Positions 1 through 8,924 are shown, numbered from the stretch's first letter. The stretch is 64,000 bases of DNA from Myxococcota bacterium (GCA_965247115.1 CBDFGR010000002.1:352001-416000); one strand, 5' to 3'. The notes: a model not told the origin generated them from the letters alone. Numbers and translations: made by a program.

Positions 1-844
1 TGTTGCCCTGAAGGCACACCGCGTTATGCCCGGCCTTGGCCAATTGCTCGGCAAGCCGCCGTGCGCGGTGCTTGGTGCGGATGAACACGATCGCGGAGTC
101 GCAGTCATCACCGGCCAGCACGTGTTCGAGTAGCGCGCGCTTGCGATCCTCGGCGACCAAGACCAGCGCGTGATCGATCGTCGATGCGGGCGTAGCGTTT
201 GCGAGTTCGACGACATGAGGGTCGGTCAGCACATCGTCAGCCAGTCGGCGAATCTCTTTCGGCATCGAAGCCGAGAACAGCAAGTTCTGTCGATTCTGCG
301 GCAGCGTCTTCAGGATCTTGCGGATGTCCGGCAGGAACCCCATGTCGAACATGTGGTCGGCTTCATCGAGCACCAGCGTTTCGACCTGGTCGAGATGAAG
401 CAGTCCCTGCTGGAGCAGGTCGAGCACGCGGCCCGGGCAGCCGACTACGATGTCGGGGCGCTGACGCAGCGCCTTGACCTGCGTCGAGATCGCGACCCCG
501 CCATAGATCGTGATCGGCTTCAGCTTGGTGAACTTTGAGAGCGCGCCGATCTCGGTGGCGATCTGAGTCGCGAGCTCGCGAGTCGGAGCCAGCACCAAGG
601 CGCGCGGCCCCCTGCCCGGCTCCTCGAGCAGATAGTCGAGCAACGGCAGCGCGAAGGCCGCCGTTTTGCCCGTGCCGGTCTGGGCCAGACCCAGTACATC
701 TCGACCGTCGAGACCCGCGGGAATGGTTTCAAGTTGGATGGGTCGGGGATCTTCAAAGCCCGCGGCGCGGATCCCGCGCACCAGCCGTTCGTCGAACTCG
801 AATCGGTCGAATCCCGTCGATTCAATGGATACACGTGCAGACAC
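1..844 (-). CDS. DEAD-box ATP-dependent RNA helicase (RhlE-like), 3' part runs off the window
   Basis: Not in the ORF track because there is no stop in the window. Manual translation from GTG at 844 gives the Q-motif region (GFEDPRPIQ), AQTGTGKT, PTRELA, LVLDEADHM, LFSAS and IVFIRTK. GGAG lies upstream. Confidence 0.95.
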   Translation of the reverse strand, partial: MSARVSIESTGFDRFEFDERLVRGIRAAGFEDPRPIQLETIPAGLDGRDVLGLAQTGTGKTAAFALPLLDYLLEEPGRGPRALVLAPTRELATQIATEIGALSKFTKLKPITIYGGVAISTQVKALRQRPDIVVGCPGRVLDLLQQGLLHLDQVETLVLDEADHMFDMGFLPDIRKILKTLPQNRQNLLFSASMPKEIRRLADDVLTDPHVVELANATPASTIDHALVLVAEDRKRALLEHVLAGDDCDSAIVFIRTKHRARRLAEQLAKAGHNAVCLQGN

Positions 845-1140
845 AGTGAGTTTGTTCTCCGCCGTTCGCGCGCAGGGCTTACCTGGACGCCAGGGCCGTA
901 ATGTTTCGACCCACACAACAGCGAAGGGCAAGATGGATTCCGGGGCGGCGCGTCCAATCACACTCTCACAGGAATGACAGAACCTGTCGTGCGCCGCGTC
1001 GGGCAGCTGCCCGATCGAGGAATGAATAGCCGTTCCCGCGACCTCGCGCCAGTGGTCGGTGTGGCGATTTGAGAGGGTTTCTCGGGTTCTGACAGTGGCC
1101 TGCCCGTCCGATCGAGTCATCTGAGGGCCGGGGGGCAGCC

Positions 1141-2289
1141 TCAGGCGATGGTCAGAAGATCCTGAGGATTCCTGTAGAGAATCTTCTCGATCAGCGCCTC
1201 ATCGAACCCCTTGTGACGCATCAACGCCGTGACGGTCTCCGGTATGTGCTGCCAGCCGTGACCGCCATACTTGCGCTTCCAATGCTGCAAGGCGAGATCG
1301 TGTGACATAAGCACATGCGATGCATGTCCAGCCTCTACCAGTGCCATGATTAGATTCAAACGAATTGCATCGTTGGGCTGGTCTACGTTGTCGCGCTGCC
1401 GATATGATTCTTCCCATCCAAAGCCATCGAATTCCAGGTACATTCCTGTCTTGGCAAGCTCCAGAAACGGTTCCGGATCAAAGGAATTCGGCGCGGGCCT
1501 GGAAGCCAGCCGCTGATCGACATGGCACATGATTGTGCGCGACAGGTCCGCTTTTTCATCTTCGAGGATTCGTACCGCGGCCCATATTGCGTCCGGCCCG
1601 AACCCGGGATGAACGCTAAGTGCGACGCCGCTTGCTCGTTGTGCCCGTGCGGACGCCCTGAGCACTTTTTCTTCATCGGGATGGATTTGTGTGTTCAGTC
1701 CGACCTCGCCGATGATGCCTGCCTGTACGCCACCTGCGACGCCTTTATCGAGCTCACGCATGATGCGCTGCTCGACAGCGCCAATGTCCATGCCAGCAAT
1801 TTCACTCGGATGGTATTCGTGCGTGTAGTAGCTGGTCGCCATGACGAAGTGCACGCCGGTCATACGAGCGACCTGCTGCAGACCGCGCGGGTCCCGGGCA
1901 ATTCCGATCGATGTCTGATCGACAATGCATCCGCCGCCGTGCCGTTTGAACAAATTGGCCTCGTAGATAACGTCGTCCACGATCGTCGACTTGAAGTTGC
2001 CGTAGTAGAACCAGTTGCGTGCTACGTCTGCGCGATTCTCGAGGGAAATCGGCTCGTTCCATTTCGGCCGAAACGAAGCGGCAGTGCCGGGTCCTTCCTG
2101 GCCGGGTTCCCAGCCGGCCTCAGGAGTACTGGCGGCTGCTTTTCCTGACTCAGTCTGGTCGATAAGCACGTCCGCGCAGCAGGCCCCAAGGGTCATGTCG
2201 AGCAGGACATGCTCGTGTGGCAGGGTCAGGCCAAGCACTTCGGGAGATATGGGGCCCAGAACAGTCTGCACTTGACCTTTATGAATCAC
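1141..2289 (-). CDS. Phosphotriesterase-related (PTER/PHP-type) amidohydrolase
   Basis: VQTVLG...TLPHEH, GIIGEVG (Glu bridging ligand), SVHP, MCHVD, MSHD, KYGGHG and NP at the C-terminus. Confidence 0.92.
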   Translation of the reverse strand: MIHKGQVQTVLGPISPEVLGLTLPHEHVLLDMTLGACCADVLIDQTESGKAAASTPEAGWEPGQEGPGTAASFRPKWNEPISLENRADVARNWFYYGNFKSTIVDDVIYEANLFKRHGGGCIVDQTSIGIARDPRGLQQVARMTGVHFVMATSYYTHEYHPSEIAGMDIGAVEQRIMRELDKGVAGGVQAGIIGEVGLNTQIHPDEEKVLRASARAQRASGVALSVHPGFGPDAIWAAVRILEDEKADLSRTIMCHVDQRLASRPAPNSFDPEPFLELAKTGMYLEFDGFGWEESYRQRDNVDQPNDAIRLNLIMALVEAGHASHVLMSHDLALQHWKRKYGGHGWQHIPETVTALMRHKGFDEALIEKILYRNPQDLLTIA

Positions 2290-2453
2290 GTTTCTCTCGT
2301 TTTCTTTTGATTTGGTTCCACCAAGTCACGAACTGACTTTGGGCGGGTGTCGCCGATCCTCCTAGGTCTCATTGTGGAAGTCAATCGACAGCGGCACCAG
2401 AACTGAGTATCCGCTCCATGTAGGTGGCACCGAGGCCGTGCCAGTTGAACTGG

Positions 2454-2820
2454 TGGTGGAGGCGGCGGGAATCGAACCCGCGTCCGAATAGCGTCTTTCG
2501 CCTGCGTCTACGTGTGTAGCTCCGTGTTCTGTTTTAACTCCTGACCCGAGGCTTCGGAGCCCGCCTGATCAGGAGCGAGCCGGGATCTTTTCTCGCGCGC
2601 ATCCACCCGACAGGAATGCGCGCCAGCCTGCTGGGTATGACACCCCCGCGGCTCAGCAGGCGTCGGCCGCGGGCATGCTCGCTGTCTTAGGGTTTAGCTA
2701 AGCAGCGAGAGCGAGGTTTTCATCGGCAATTATAAGTTGCCTTGCCGCGGGTTTAGCGAGGACACAGCACCTCGACACGCAACAGACGCTCTCGGCTACC
2801 CGTCGAAACCGATCGCCCCC
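2454..2820 (-). ncRNA. ssrA: tmRNA (transfer-messenger RNA)
   Basis: The minus strand starts GGGGGCGATCGGTTTCGAC and ends GGTTCGATTCCCGCCGCCTCCACCA. An internal tag ORF at 2727-2698 reads ADENLALAA-stop after an AT-rich resume context (TTATAATT). smpB is nearby. Confidence 0.97.
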
Positions 2821-2881
2821 GTGAAGCACAGTCTAACGGATGGGGGGGCTCGGGGCCTTTGCTAGACTCGGCGCTCTGCCT

Positions 2882-3550
2882 ATGGCCAGGCGTCTGAAAC
2901 AGCTCGGCGCGCTCGCTGCGATCGGGGTCGGCGCGTCCGGCTTCTATTGGCTCCACCTGGGGAGCAACGTCGAGTGGACGCAGGAAGCCTTCCAGAGCTA
3001 CGTCTCTGACCTCGGACCGCTCGGACCCGCCATCCTGGTAGGGACCATGGCGATGCGCCCCTTCCTCGGCCTGCCCTCGGGCTTGATCCTGCTCACGGCC
3101 GGGCTGCTGTTCGGGACGCTGGCAGGGACATTCTACGGCGTACTCGGCGGAACGCTGGGCGCCGTGATCGCCCTCGGAGTGGCGCGGGCGCTCGGACGCG
3201 AGGCCGTGCAGCGTCGCATCGGCGGCAGCCTGGCCGCCTTCGACGACTACCTGACGCGGCGCGGGCCTCCCTGGCTTGCCGCGTACACAGCGATCCCGGT
3301 CTCGGTGCTGAGTCCCGTCTACTTCACGGCGGGCGTGACGCGGATGCGTGCGACCCCCTTCACACTGGCCATCGCGATCGGCTTCCTGCCACGAGCGGGC
3401 CTCTACACGTTTCTGGGGAACACGTTCCGCGAGCCAAGCAGCTCGAACCTCGCGATCGCGTCAGGCCTGATGGTCCTCGCGCTCGCCGCCATCCTGCTGG
3501 CGCGCCGCTACCTGTTCCCGCCCGCAGTTCTCGATCAGTCCCGGCGCTGA
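2882..3550 (+). CDS. TVP38/TMEM64 (VTT/DedA-superfamily) membrane protein
   Basis: Hydrophobic protein with the GLLFG...G...GA and ARALGR pattern. ATG at 2882 preferred over the ORF-track start at 2840. Confidence 0.8.
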   Translation: MARRLKQLGALAAIGVGASGFYWLHLGSNVEWTQEAFQSYVSDLGPLGPAILVGTMAMRPFLGLPSGLILLTAGLLFGTLAGTFYGVLGGTLGAVIALGVARALGREAVQRRIGGSLAAFDDYLTRRGPPWLAAYTAIPVSVLSPVYFTAGVTRMRATPFTLAIAIGFLPRAGLYTFLGNTFREPSSSNLAIASGLMVLALAAILLARRYLFPPAVLDQSRR

Positions 3551-4024
3551 CTAGCGGCGGCGCGCCTCGCGCTTGGTAATGCGCTGGAGGTGGCGATCGG
3601 ACTCGCGCTTGGCAATCGCCTCCCGCTTGTCGTATCGCTTCTTTCCGCGCGCGAGCGCCAACTCCACCTTGGCCCGGCCGCGCTCGAAGTAGAGCTCGAG
3701 CGGGATCAATGTGCGACCCCGTTCGTGGACCTTGCCGCGCAGGCGATGAATCTCGGTCTTGTGCAGGAGCAGCTTGCGGGGACGCACCGGATCGTGATTC
3801 TCTCGATTGGCCTGCTCGTAGGGCGAGATATGCGCCTTCATCAGGAACACCTCGCCGTTGCCGCTGATGCGCGCGTAGCCGTCCACGAGATTCGCGCGAC
3901 CCTCCCGCAGCGACTTGACCTCAGAGCCGACCAGGACGATTCCGGCCTCGATCGTCTCCTCGATCAGGTAGTTGAACCGGGCGCGACGGTTCTTGCAGAT
4001 CGTTTGACGCTTCGCCTCGGTCAC
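3551..4024 (-). CDS. smpB: SsrA-binding protein SmpB
   Basis: NRRARFNY, EAGIVLVGSEVKSLR, RKLLLHK, GKKRYDKR; close to ssrA. Confidence 0.98.
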   Translation of the reverse strand: MTEAKRQTICKNRRARFNYLIEETIEAGIVLVGSEVKSLREGRANLVDGYARISGNGEVFLMKAHISPYEQANRENHDPVRPRKLLLHKTEIHRLRGKVHERGRTLIPLELYFERGRAKVELALARGKKRYDKREAIAKRESDRHLQRITKREARRR

Positions 4025-4680
4025 GAACGCGGAGACGGTGGCAGCGTCTCGGCCCCGTCCGCGATGCTGTCGGCGATTCCGGCCGAGATGATCAGCTTGA
4101 ACGCCTCCTCGACGGAGAGCCCCGTCTCGACGGTCTCGTGCTCGGGAACAAGCAGAAAGTAGCCCGTGGTCGGGTTCGGCGTGCTCGACACGAAGAGCTT
4201 GAGAAGCTTGCCCGGCAGATCCGGTGTCAGTCCGCTCGACTCGCCAGTAACAAATGCGTACGTGAAGATGCCTTTGCGCGGATACTCGATCAGGACCACG
4301 CGGTCAAAGCTCGAGGGCGATGCCCCGTCGCCGACGACGGCGGCCATGAACTGCTTCAATACCGCGTACAGACTGCGAGCAACCGGAATCCTCTCGACAA
4401 TATTCTCCCAGAAGCCGAGGGCGCTCTTTCCGACGAAGCTTCGAGTGAGCGCCCCCACCAGCAGGATGACCGCGAGAGTGACGGCTGCGCCCAGGAAGCG
4501 CGGCTGCGCGACCTCCAGGCCCAGCGCGCGAAACACGAGGGGCAGGACGAGCTTGTCGAGCTGGTCGACGAGCCAGAGAACGCCCAGCAGGGTGAAGCCG
4601 ACCGGGACGAACACGAGCAGGCCGGCCAGAAAGTCGCGCCGCAGAGCGTTGACGACCCTACGCCAGATTCTGCCCCACAC
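4021..4680 (-). CDS. DUF502 family membrane protein
   Basis: FLAGLLVFVP, RIP..RSLY...KQ, VVLIEYPRKG and the STPNPTTG motif; overlaps the smpB start. Confidence 0.88.
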   Translation of the reverse strand: MWGRIWRRVVNALRRDFLAGLLVFVPVGFTLLGVLWLVDQLDKLVLPLVFRALGLEVAQPRFLGAAVTLAVILLVGALTRSFVGKSALGFWENIVERIPVARSLYAVLKQFMAAVVGDGASPSSFDRVVLIEYPRKGIFTYAFVTGESSGLTPDLPGKLLKLFVSSTPNPTTGYFLLVPEHETVETGLSVEEAFKLIISAGIADSIADGAETLPPSPRS

Positions 4681-4829
4681 AACGAACCTCCACCGCCGCT
4701 GCTCCCTCGGCGATGCCCGTCAAGCTAGCGGAGCCGGTTTTGCGAGTCGACGAAGCAGATGCACGGCTGGTGCTTGCGGGCCTCAGCTGTCTCCATCTGA
4801 GCGTAGCTCGCGATGGTGACGCAGCAGCA

Positions 4830-5696
4830 TCACTCCTCCCCCAGCAGGGTGTTGTCGATCAGGCGTGTACCGTCGATGAAGACGGCCAGCGCCAGGACTG
4901 CGGGCCCCCGGATCTGGTCGAGCGGCTCGAGCGTTCGCGCGTCGCAGAGCTCTACGTACTGGATCTCCGCCGCGTCCTCCTTCTCGATGCGGCGCCGTGC
5001 CACGTCGACGAAGTAGGCCGCGTCTCGCTCGCCATCACGGAAGAGCCTTCTCGCTTCGACCAGGGCGGCGTTCAGGCAGCGCGCCTGCAGCCGCGAGTCC
5101 TCATCGAGATACGCGTTGCGCGAGCTCATGGCGAGGCCATCGGGCTCCCGGACCGTCGGGCCGGGCACGATCTCGACGCCGAACAGGAGGGCGTTGCTCA
5201 TGGCGCGGACGACCTGCAGCTGCTGGTAGTCCTTCTGGCCGAAGACTGCGACGTCGGGGCGCGCGGCATGGAAGAGGCGGGCCACGACCGTTGTCACGCC
5301 GCGGAAGTGCCCCGGCCGGATCCTCCCGCAGAGCCCGCGCGTCAGCTGCTCCACGTCCACCCACACGGGCGGCACGCCAGGGGGGTACATCTGAGCGGCG
5401 CTGGGAGCAAAGACCACGTCGACGCCCAGCGCTGCGAGCTTGGCAAGATCCCCGTACAGGTCCCGGGGGTACGCCTCCAGGTCCTCGTCCTCGCCGAACT
5501 GGGTGGGGTTCACAAAGATGCTGACCACCACCCGCTCGGCTCGCTCTCGGGCCAGACGTACGAGCGACAGGTGCCCCTCATGGAGGGCTCCCAGGGTCGG
5601 CACGAGCCCCACGCGCCGGCCGCCGCGGCGGATCTCGTCGGACCAACGCTGTAGGGCGCGAACCTCGGAGATGACGAGCGGCTCAGTAGGACTCAT
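4830..5696 (-). CDS. panC: Pantoate--beta-alanine ligase
   Basis: VPTLGALHEGH, SIFVNPTQF, RPGHFRGV, FGQKDYQQ, DGLAMSSRN, RLIDN. Confidence 0.98.
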   Translation of the reverse strand: MSPTEPLVISEVRALQRWSDEIRRGGRRVGLVPTLGALHEGHLSLVRLARERAERVVVSIFVNPTQFGEDEDLEAYPRDLYGDLAKLAALGVDVVFAPSAAQMYPPGVPPVWVDVEQLTRGLCGRIRPGHFRGVTTVVARLFHAARPDVAVFGQKDYQQLQVVRAMSNALLFGVEIVPGPTVREPDGLAMSSRNAYLDEDSRLQARCLNAALVEARRLFRDGERDAAYFVDVARRRIEKEDAAEIQYVELCDARTLEPLDQIRGPAVLALAVFIDGTRLIDNTLLGEE

Positions 5697-6486
5697 TGTC
5701 GCCGGGAAACTTCTGGAGCCGCACGTCCTCCGCGTACATCTGGGCGGCGCGCCGCACGATCGCGCTCAGGTCCACGTACTGCCGCACGAACTTCGGCGGC
5801 GAGCCCGACTCGAGACCGAGCATGTCGTGCATCACGAGCACCTGGCCGTCGCAGCCGAGCCCAGCCCCTATGCCGATCGTCGGGATCTCGAGTGCCTTCG
5901 TGATCTCCGCGCCAAGCTCCCGGGGCACGCACTCCACCACCACCGCAAAGGCGCCTGCCTCCTGGACCGCCAGCGCCTCGCGTAGCACGCGCTCGTGTCC
6001 GGCATCGCCCTTGCCCTGGACTCGGTAGCCCCCAACGGCGTGGACGGACTGCGGCGTCAGCCCGACGTGGCCCATCACGGGGATGTCCATGCGCGCGATC
6101 GCAGCGATGCGCTCGGCGACACGCCCACCGCCCTCGAGCTTCACGGCCTGTGCGCCGCCCTCCTTGATAAAGCGCACCGCCGTGTCGAGGGTCTGCTCCT
6201 CGCTCGTCTGATAGCTGCCAAAGGGCATGTCCCCGACAACCAGAGCGCGGCGCGCCGCGCGCGCGACCATGCTGCAGTGATAGAGCGACTGCTCGAGCGT
6301 GACGGGCAGCGTCGTCGCGTGGCCCTGGACGACACATCCCAGTGTGTCGCCCACAAGGAGAATGTCGATCCCGGCCTGATCGAAGATACGCGCAAACGGG
6401 AAGTCGTAGGCCGTCAGCATCGCGATCTTCTCGCCGCGTCGCTTCATGCGCGCCAGCGAGGGAACCGTCACGCGGGACTCGGTCAT
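5683..6486 (-). CDS. panB: 3-methyl-2-oxobutanoate hydroxymethyltransferase
   Basis: MLTAYD, LVGD, DMPFGSY, AVKLEGG, GHVGLTPQS, TIGIGAG..CDGQVLV. Confidence 0.98.
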   Translation of the reverse strand: MTESRVTVPSLARMKRRGEKIAMLTAYDFPFARIFDQAGIDILLVGDTLGCVVQGHATTLPVTLEQSLYHCSMVARAARRALVVGDMPFGSYQTSEEQTLDTAVRFIKEGGAQAVKLEGGGRVAERIAAIARMDIPVMGHVGLTPQSVHAVGGYRVQGKGDAGHERVLREALAVQEAGAFAVVVECVPRELGAEITKALEIPTIGIGAGLGCDGQVLVMHDMLGLESGSPPKFVRQYVDLSAIVRRAAQMYAEDVRLQKFPGDNESY

Positions 6487-6512
6487 GGCTGAACTCCTCT
6501 TTCGCGCCCGCC

Positions 6513-6546
6513 AAAACAGAGCGCCTCCGACGGTTCGGAAGGCGCT
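6513..6546 (-). terminator. Putative intrinsic terminator/attenuator in the panB leader
   Basis: Minus strand AGCGCCTTCCGA-ACCG-TCGGAGGCGCT (11-bp stem, one bulge) followed by CTGTTTT, about 26 nt before the panB ATG. Confidence 0.6.
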
Positions 6547-6588
6547 TCACGGTCTGACGGTGCGAACGGTTCAACCGTTCGAGTCGAA

Positions 6589-6627
6589 GCCACCTTCGGT
6601 CTCGGTCGCGGGATCCAAGCGTCTGGC
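6589..6627 (-). promoter_or_regulatory. Candidate pan RNA motif (cis-regulatory hairpin upstream of panB)
   Basis: Minus strand GCCAGACGCTTGGATCCCGCGACCGAGACCGAAGGTGGC folds as CUUGG(A bulge)UC/GACCGAG closed by GCCA/UGGC. Its position 5' of panBC matches the described pan motif. Not tested with a covariance model. Confidence 0.55.
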
Positions 6628-6680
6628 TCTATCGAAGCGGACTATGTGAGAGGAAGACTACGGGCGGGGCGAACGGCCTG

Positions 6681-7529
6681 TCAACCGTGCCCGAGAGCGT
6701 CCTCCCGCGACCCGCGCGCGGCCGTGATGGCGTTCGCCAGCGCCACGAACTCGATCCCGGACAGGGTCTCACCCCGACGCATCGGATCGATATCCGAGGC
6801 CCGAAAGGCCGCCCCGTCGCCGTCTACGAGGCCCCGCAGCGCTCGGCGCAGGGTCTTCCTGCGGTACTGGAACGCCCCACGCACCACCTTCCGGAGCGTA
6901 GGCAGATCCTGGATCTCGGGGAGCTGCGGCGCCGGATCGAAGACGAGGAAGGTCGAACGAACGCGAGGTCTCGGGACGAACTCCTCCGGACTCAGGTCGA
7001 GCGCGCGTTCTGCACGGCTGAAGAGCCCCGCCCAAACCGACAGGGTGCCGTACGGACGCTCGCTCGGCCCGGCCAGGACGCGGTCCGCAACCTCGCTCTG
7101 CAGCATGAACGCCCAACGCCGGAACGGATTCCGCGGTCCGAGCAAGGCTCCGAGCAGGCGGCCCGAGATCCGGTACGGCAGGTTCCCCAGCAAGACGCAG
7201 GGCTGGCCCAGCTCTCGGCAGATGCCACCGAGGTCCGCGCGAAGAGCGTCCTGATGGCGAACCTCCACGCTCCCTGGCAGGCGCGCCTCGCCGAGCGCGC
7301 GTACCAGACCCCTGTCGACCTCGAGCGCCACCGTGCGGCGGGCCACGCGCGCAATCGGCCGCGTGAGCTCGCCGAGGCCCGGTCCGATCTCGATGGCGGC
7401 ATCCTCCGCAGTGAGCCCGGAGAGCTCCACGAGCCGCCGCGCCGTAGTCCCGGAGCGCAGGAAGTTCTGGCCGCGGGTCCGAGATGGAGCGAGGTGGTAG
7501 CGGTCCAGGGTGTCCCGTATCGAGGCTAT
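6681..7529 (-). CDS. rsmA: 16S rRNA m6(2)A1518/1519 dimethyltransferase KsgA; start probably non-canonical (ATA at 7529)
   Basis: EIGPGLG, LEVD, GNLPY, MLQSEVADR, F.PRPRVRS, FQYRRKTL. The conserved GQNFL motif is in frame upstream of the ORF-track GTG (7430), so the start was extended to 7529. Confidence 0.93.
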   Translation of the reverse strand: MASIRDTLDRYHLAPSRTRGQNFLRSGTTARRLVELSGLTAEDAAIEIGPGLGELTRPIARVARRTVALEVDRGLVRALGEARLPGSVEVRHQDALRADLGGICRELGQPCVLLGNLPYRISGRLLGALLGPRNPFRRWAFMLQSEVADRVLAGPSERPYGTLSVWAGLFSRAERALDLSPEEFVPRPRVRSTFLVFDPAPQLPEIQDLPTLRKVVRGAFQYRRKTLRRALRGLVDGDGAAFRASDIDPMRRGETLSGIEFVALANAITAARGSREDALGHG

Positions 7530-8563
7530 GCCCTGCCCTCCTCGGGCTCGAGCCGGATGCGCGAGAAGGCCTCGAGGCCGAGGTCGGCGCTTTGCCCTTC
7601 CGACAGGAGCCGATCGGCCACGGCCGCGATCATGGCCGCGTTGTCCGTGCAGAGCGGAACCGGGGGGAACGCAAGCCGGAGCCCGAGCTCTCTCTCCAGT
7701 ACCGCCATGCGCTCGCGCAAGCGGCCGTTGGCCGCCAGGCCTCCCACGACGGCCAGCCGGTGCAACCCGGTCGCATCGATCACGCGGCGCGTCTTCTCGA
7801 TCAGTACGTCCACCGCCGCCTCCTGAAACGAGGCGGCCAGGTCGTTGACGACCTGCTCGGGGAGCGCGCCTCCTGCGCTCTGCTCCGCTTTTCCCACTTC
7901 GAGGGCGACGGCGGTCTTGAGGCCGGAGAAGCTCATGTCGAAGCCCGGGTCCCGGAGCATCGGACGGGGAAAGGCATAGACGTCAGGGCGTCCCCCGCGT
8001 GCCCTCAGATCGATCTCACGGCCGCCCGGATACCCGAGCCCAACCCGCTTGGCAACCTTGTCGAAGGCCTCTCCGGCGGCGTCGTCCCGGGTCTGACCAA
8101 GCAGGCGGATCTTCGCCAGGTCACGGACCTCGTAGAGGGCCGTGTGCCCTCCCGACACGACGAGCCCGATGAACGGCGGCGCTAGGGGCGTCGGAGCCAG
8201 CGTGGCGGACGCAAGGTGGCCTTCGATGTGGTGGACCCCGAGTAGCGGCTTCCGCGCCCGGTAGGCGAGCGCCTTGGCAAAGCAGAGCCCCACCAGCAGC
8301 GACCCGATCAAGCCCGGTCCACACGTCGCGCCGATGCCGTCCACCTCCTGGAGGGACACGCCAGCCCGCGCCAGCGCCTCGCCGACGATCGCGTGCACGT
8401 GGCGTACGTGATCGCGGCTCGCGAGCTCTGGCACGACCCCGCCATAGGGGGCGTGGACGTCGTCCTGCCCGCGCACCACCGACGAGAGCACCTCCTTCCC
8501 GCCGCGGACCACGGCCGCAGCGAGGTCGTCACAGGAGGACTCGATGCCGAGAATGAGGGACAC
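7526..8563 (-). CDS. tsaD: tRNA N6-adenosine threonylcarbamoyltransferase
   Basis: LGIESSCDD, GGVVPELASR, HHIEGH, VSGGHT, DDAAGEAFDK, SFSGLKT, CTDNAAMI. Confidence 0.98.
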   Translation of the reverse strand: MSLILGIESSCDDLAAAVVRGGKEVLSSVVRGQDDVHAPYGGVVPELASRDHVRHVHAIVGEALARAGVSLQEVDGIGATCGPGLIGSLLVGLCFAKALAYRARKPLLGVHHIEGHLASATLAPTPLAPPFIGLVVSGGHTALYEVRDLAKIRLLGQTRDDAAGEAFDKVAKRVGLGYPGGREIDLRARGGRPDVYAFPRPMLRDPGFDMSFSGLKTAVALEVGKAEQSAGGALPEQVVNDLAASFQEAAVDVLIEKTRRVIDATGLHRLAVVGGLAANGRLRERMAVLERELGLRLAFPPVPLCTDNAAMIAAVADRLLSEGQSADLGLEAFSRIRLEPEEGRA

Positions 8564-8570
8564 GGTCGGG

Positions 8571-8924
8571 TTAGACTTCGCGCTTCTCTTGCTCGCTCTT
8601 GCAGTCGATGCAGAGATCGGCGACGGGACGGGCCTGCAGGCGCTTCAGCCCGATGTCCTCGCCGCACGAGATACAGGTTCCGAACGTACCCGCTTCGATC
8701 TTGGCCAGCGAGGCCTCGATCTTCTCGAGTAGGGCGCGCTCGCGCTCGCGCAGTCGCCCCACGAACGCGACGCCGCTCTCCGAGGACGCGCTGTCGATCT
8801 CGTCCGCGAAGTCGTCGGGGTCGAGGTGGACGTCTCCGGTCATCGCCTTTTTGGCATTCGCGACAAGCTTTTCCTTGGTCTTGTTCAAGGATTTGATGAA
8901 CCTTCTCTGGTCGCTCTTTCTCAC
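8571..8924 (-). CDS. dksA: DksA/TraR family C4 zinc-finger RNA polymerase-binding protein
   Basis: DEIDSA coiled-coil tip (DxxDxA), CISCGEDI..RL.ARP...LCIDC. Confidence 0.88.
   Translation of the reverse strand: MRKSDQRRFIKSLNKTKEKLVANAKKAMTGDVHLDPDDFADEIDSASSESGVAFVGRLRERERALLEKIEASLAKIEAGTFGTCISCGEDIGLKRLQARPVADLCIDCKSEQEKREV

Noticed and set aside
520..957. ORF-track 145-aa minus-strand ORF, and plus-strand ORFs over 170-977
   Set aside because: Off-frame or antisense shadows of the DEAD-box helicase, whose true frame is open from 844 to the window edge. No frameshift is needed.
2454..2490. tRNA-like T-arm and CCA end
   Set aside because: It is the 3' tRNA-like domain of tmRNA, not a separate tRNA gene.
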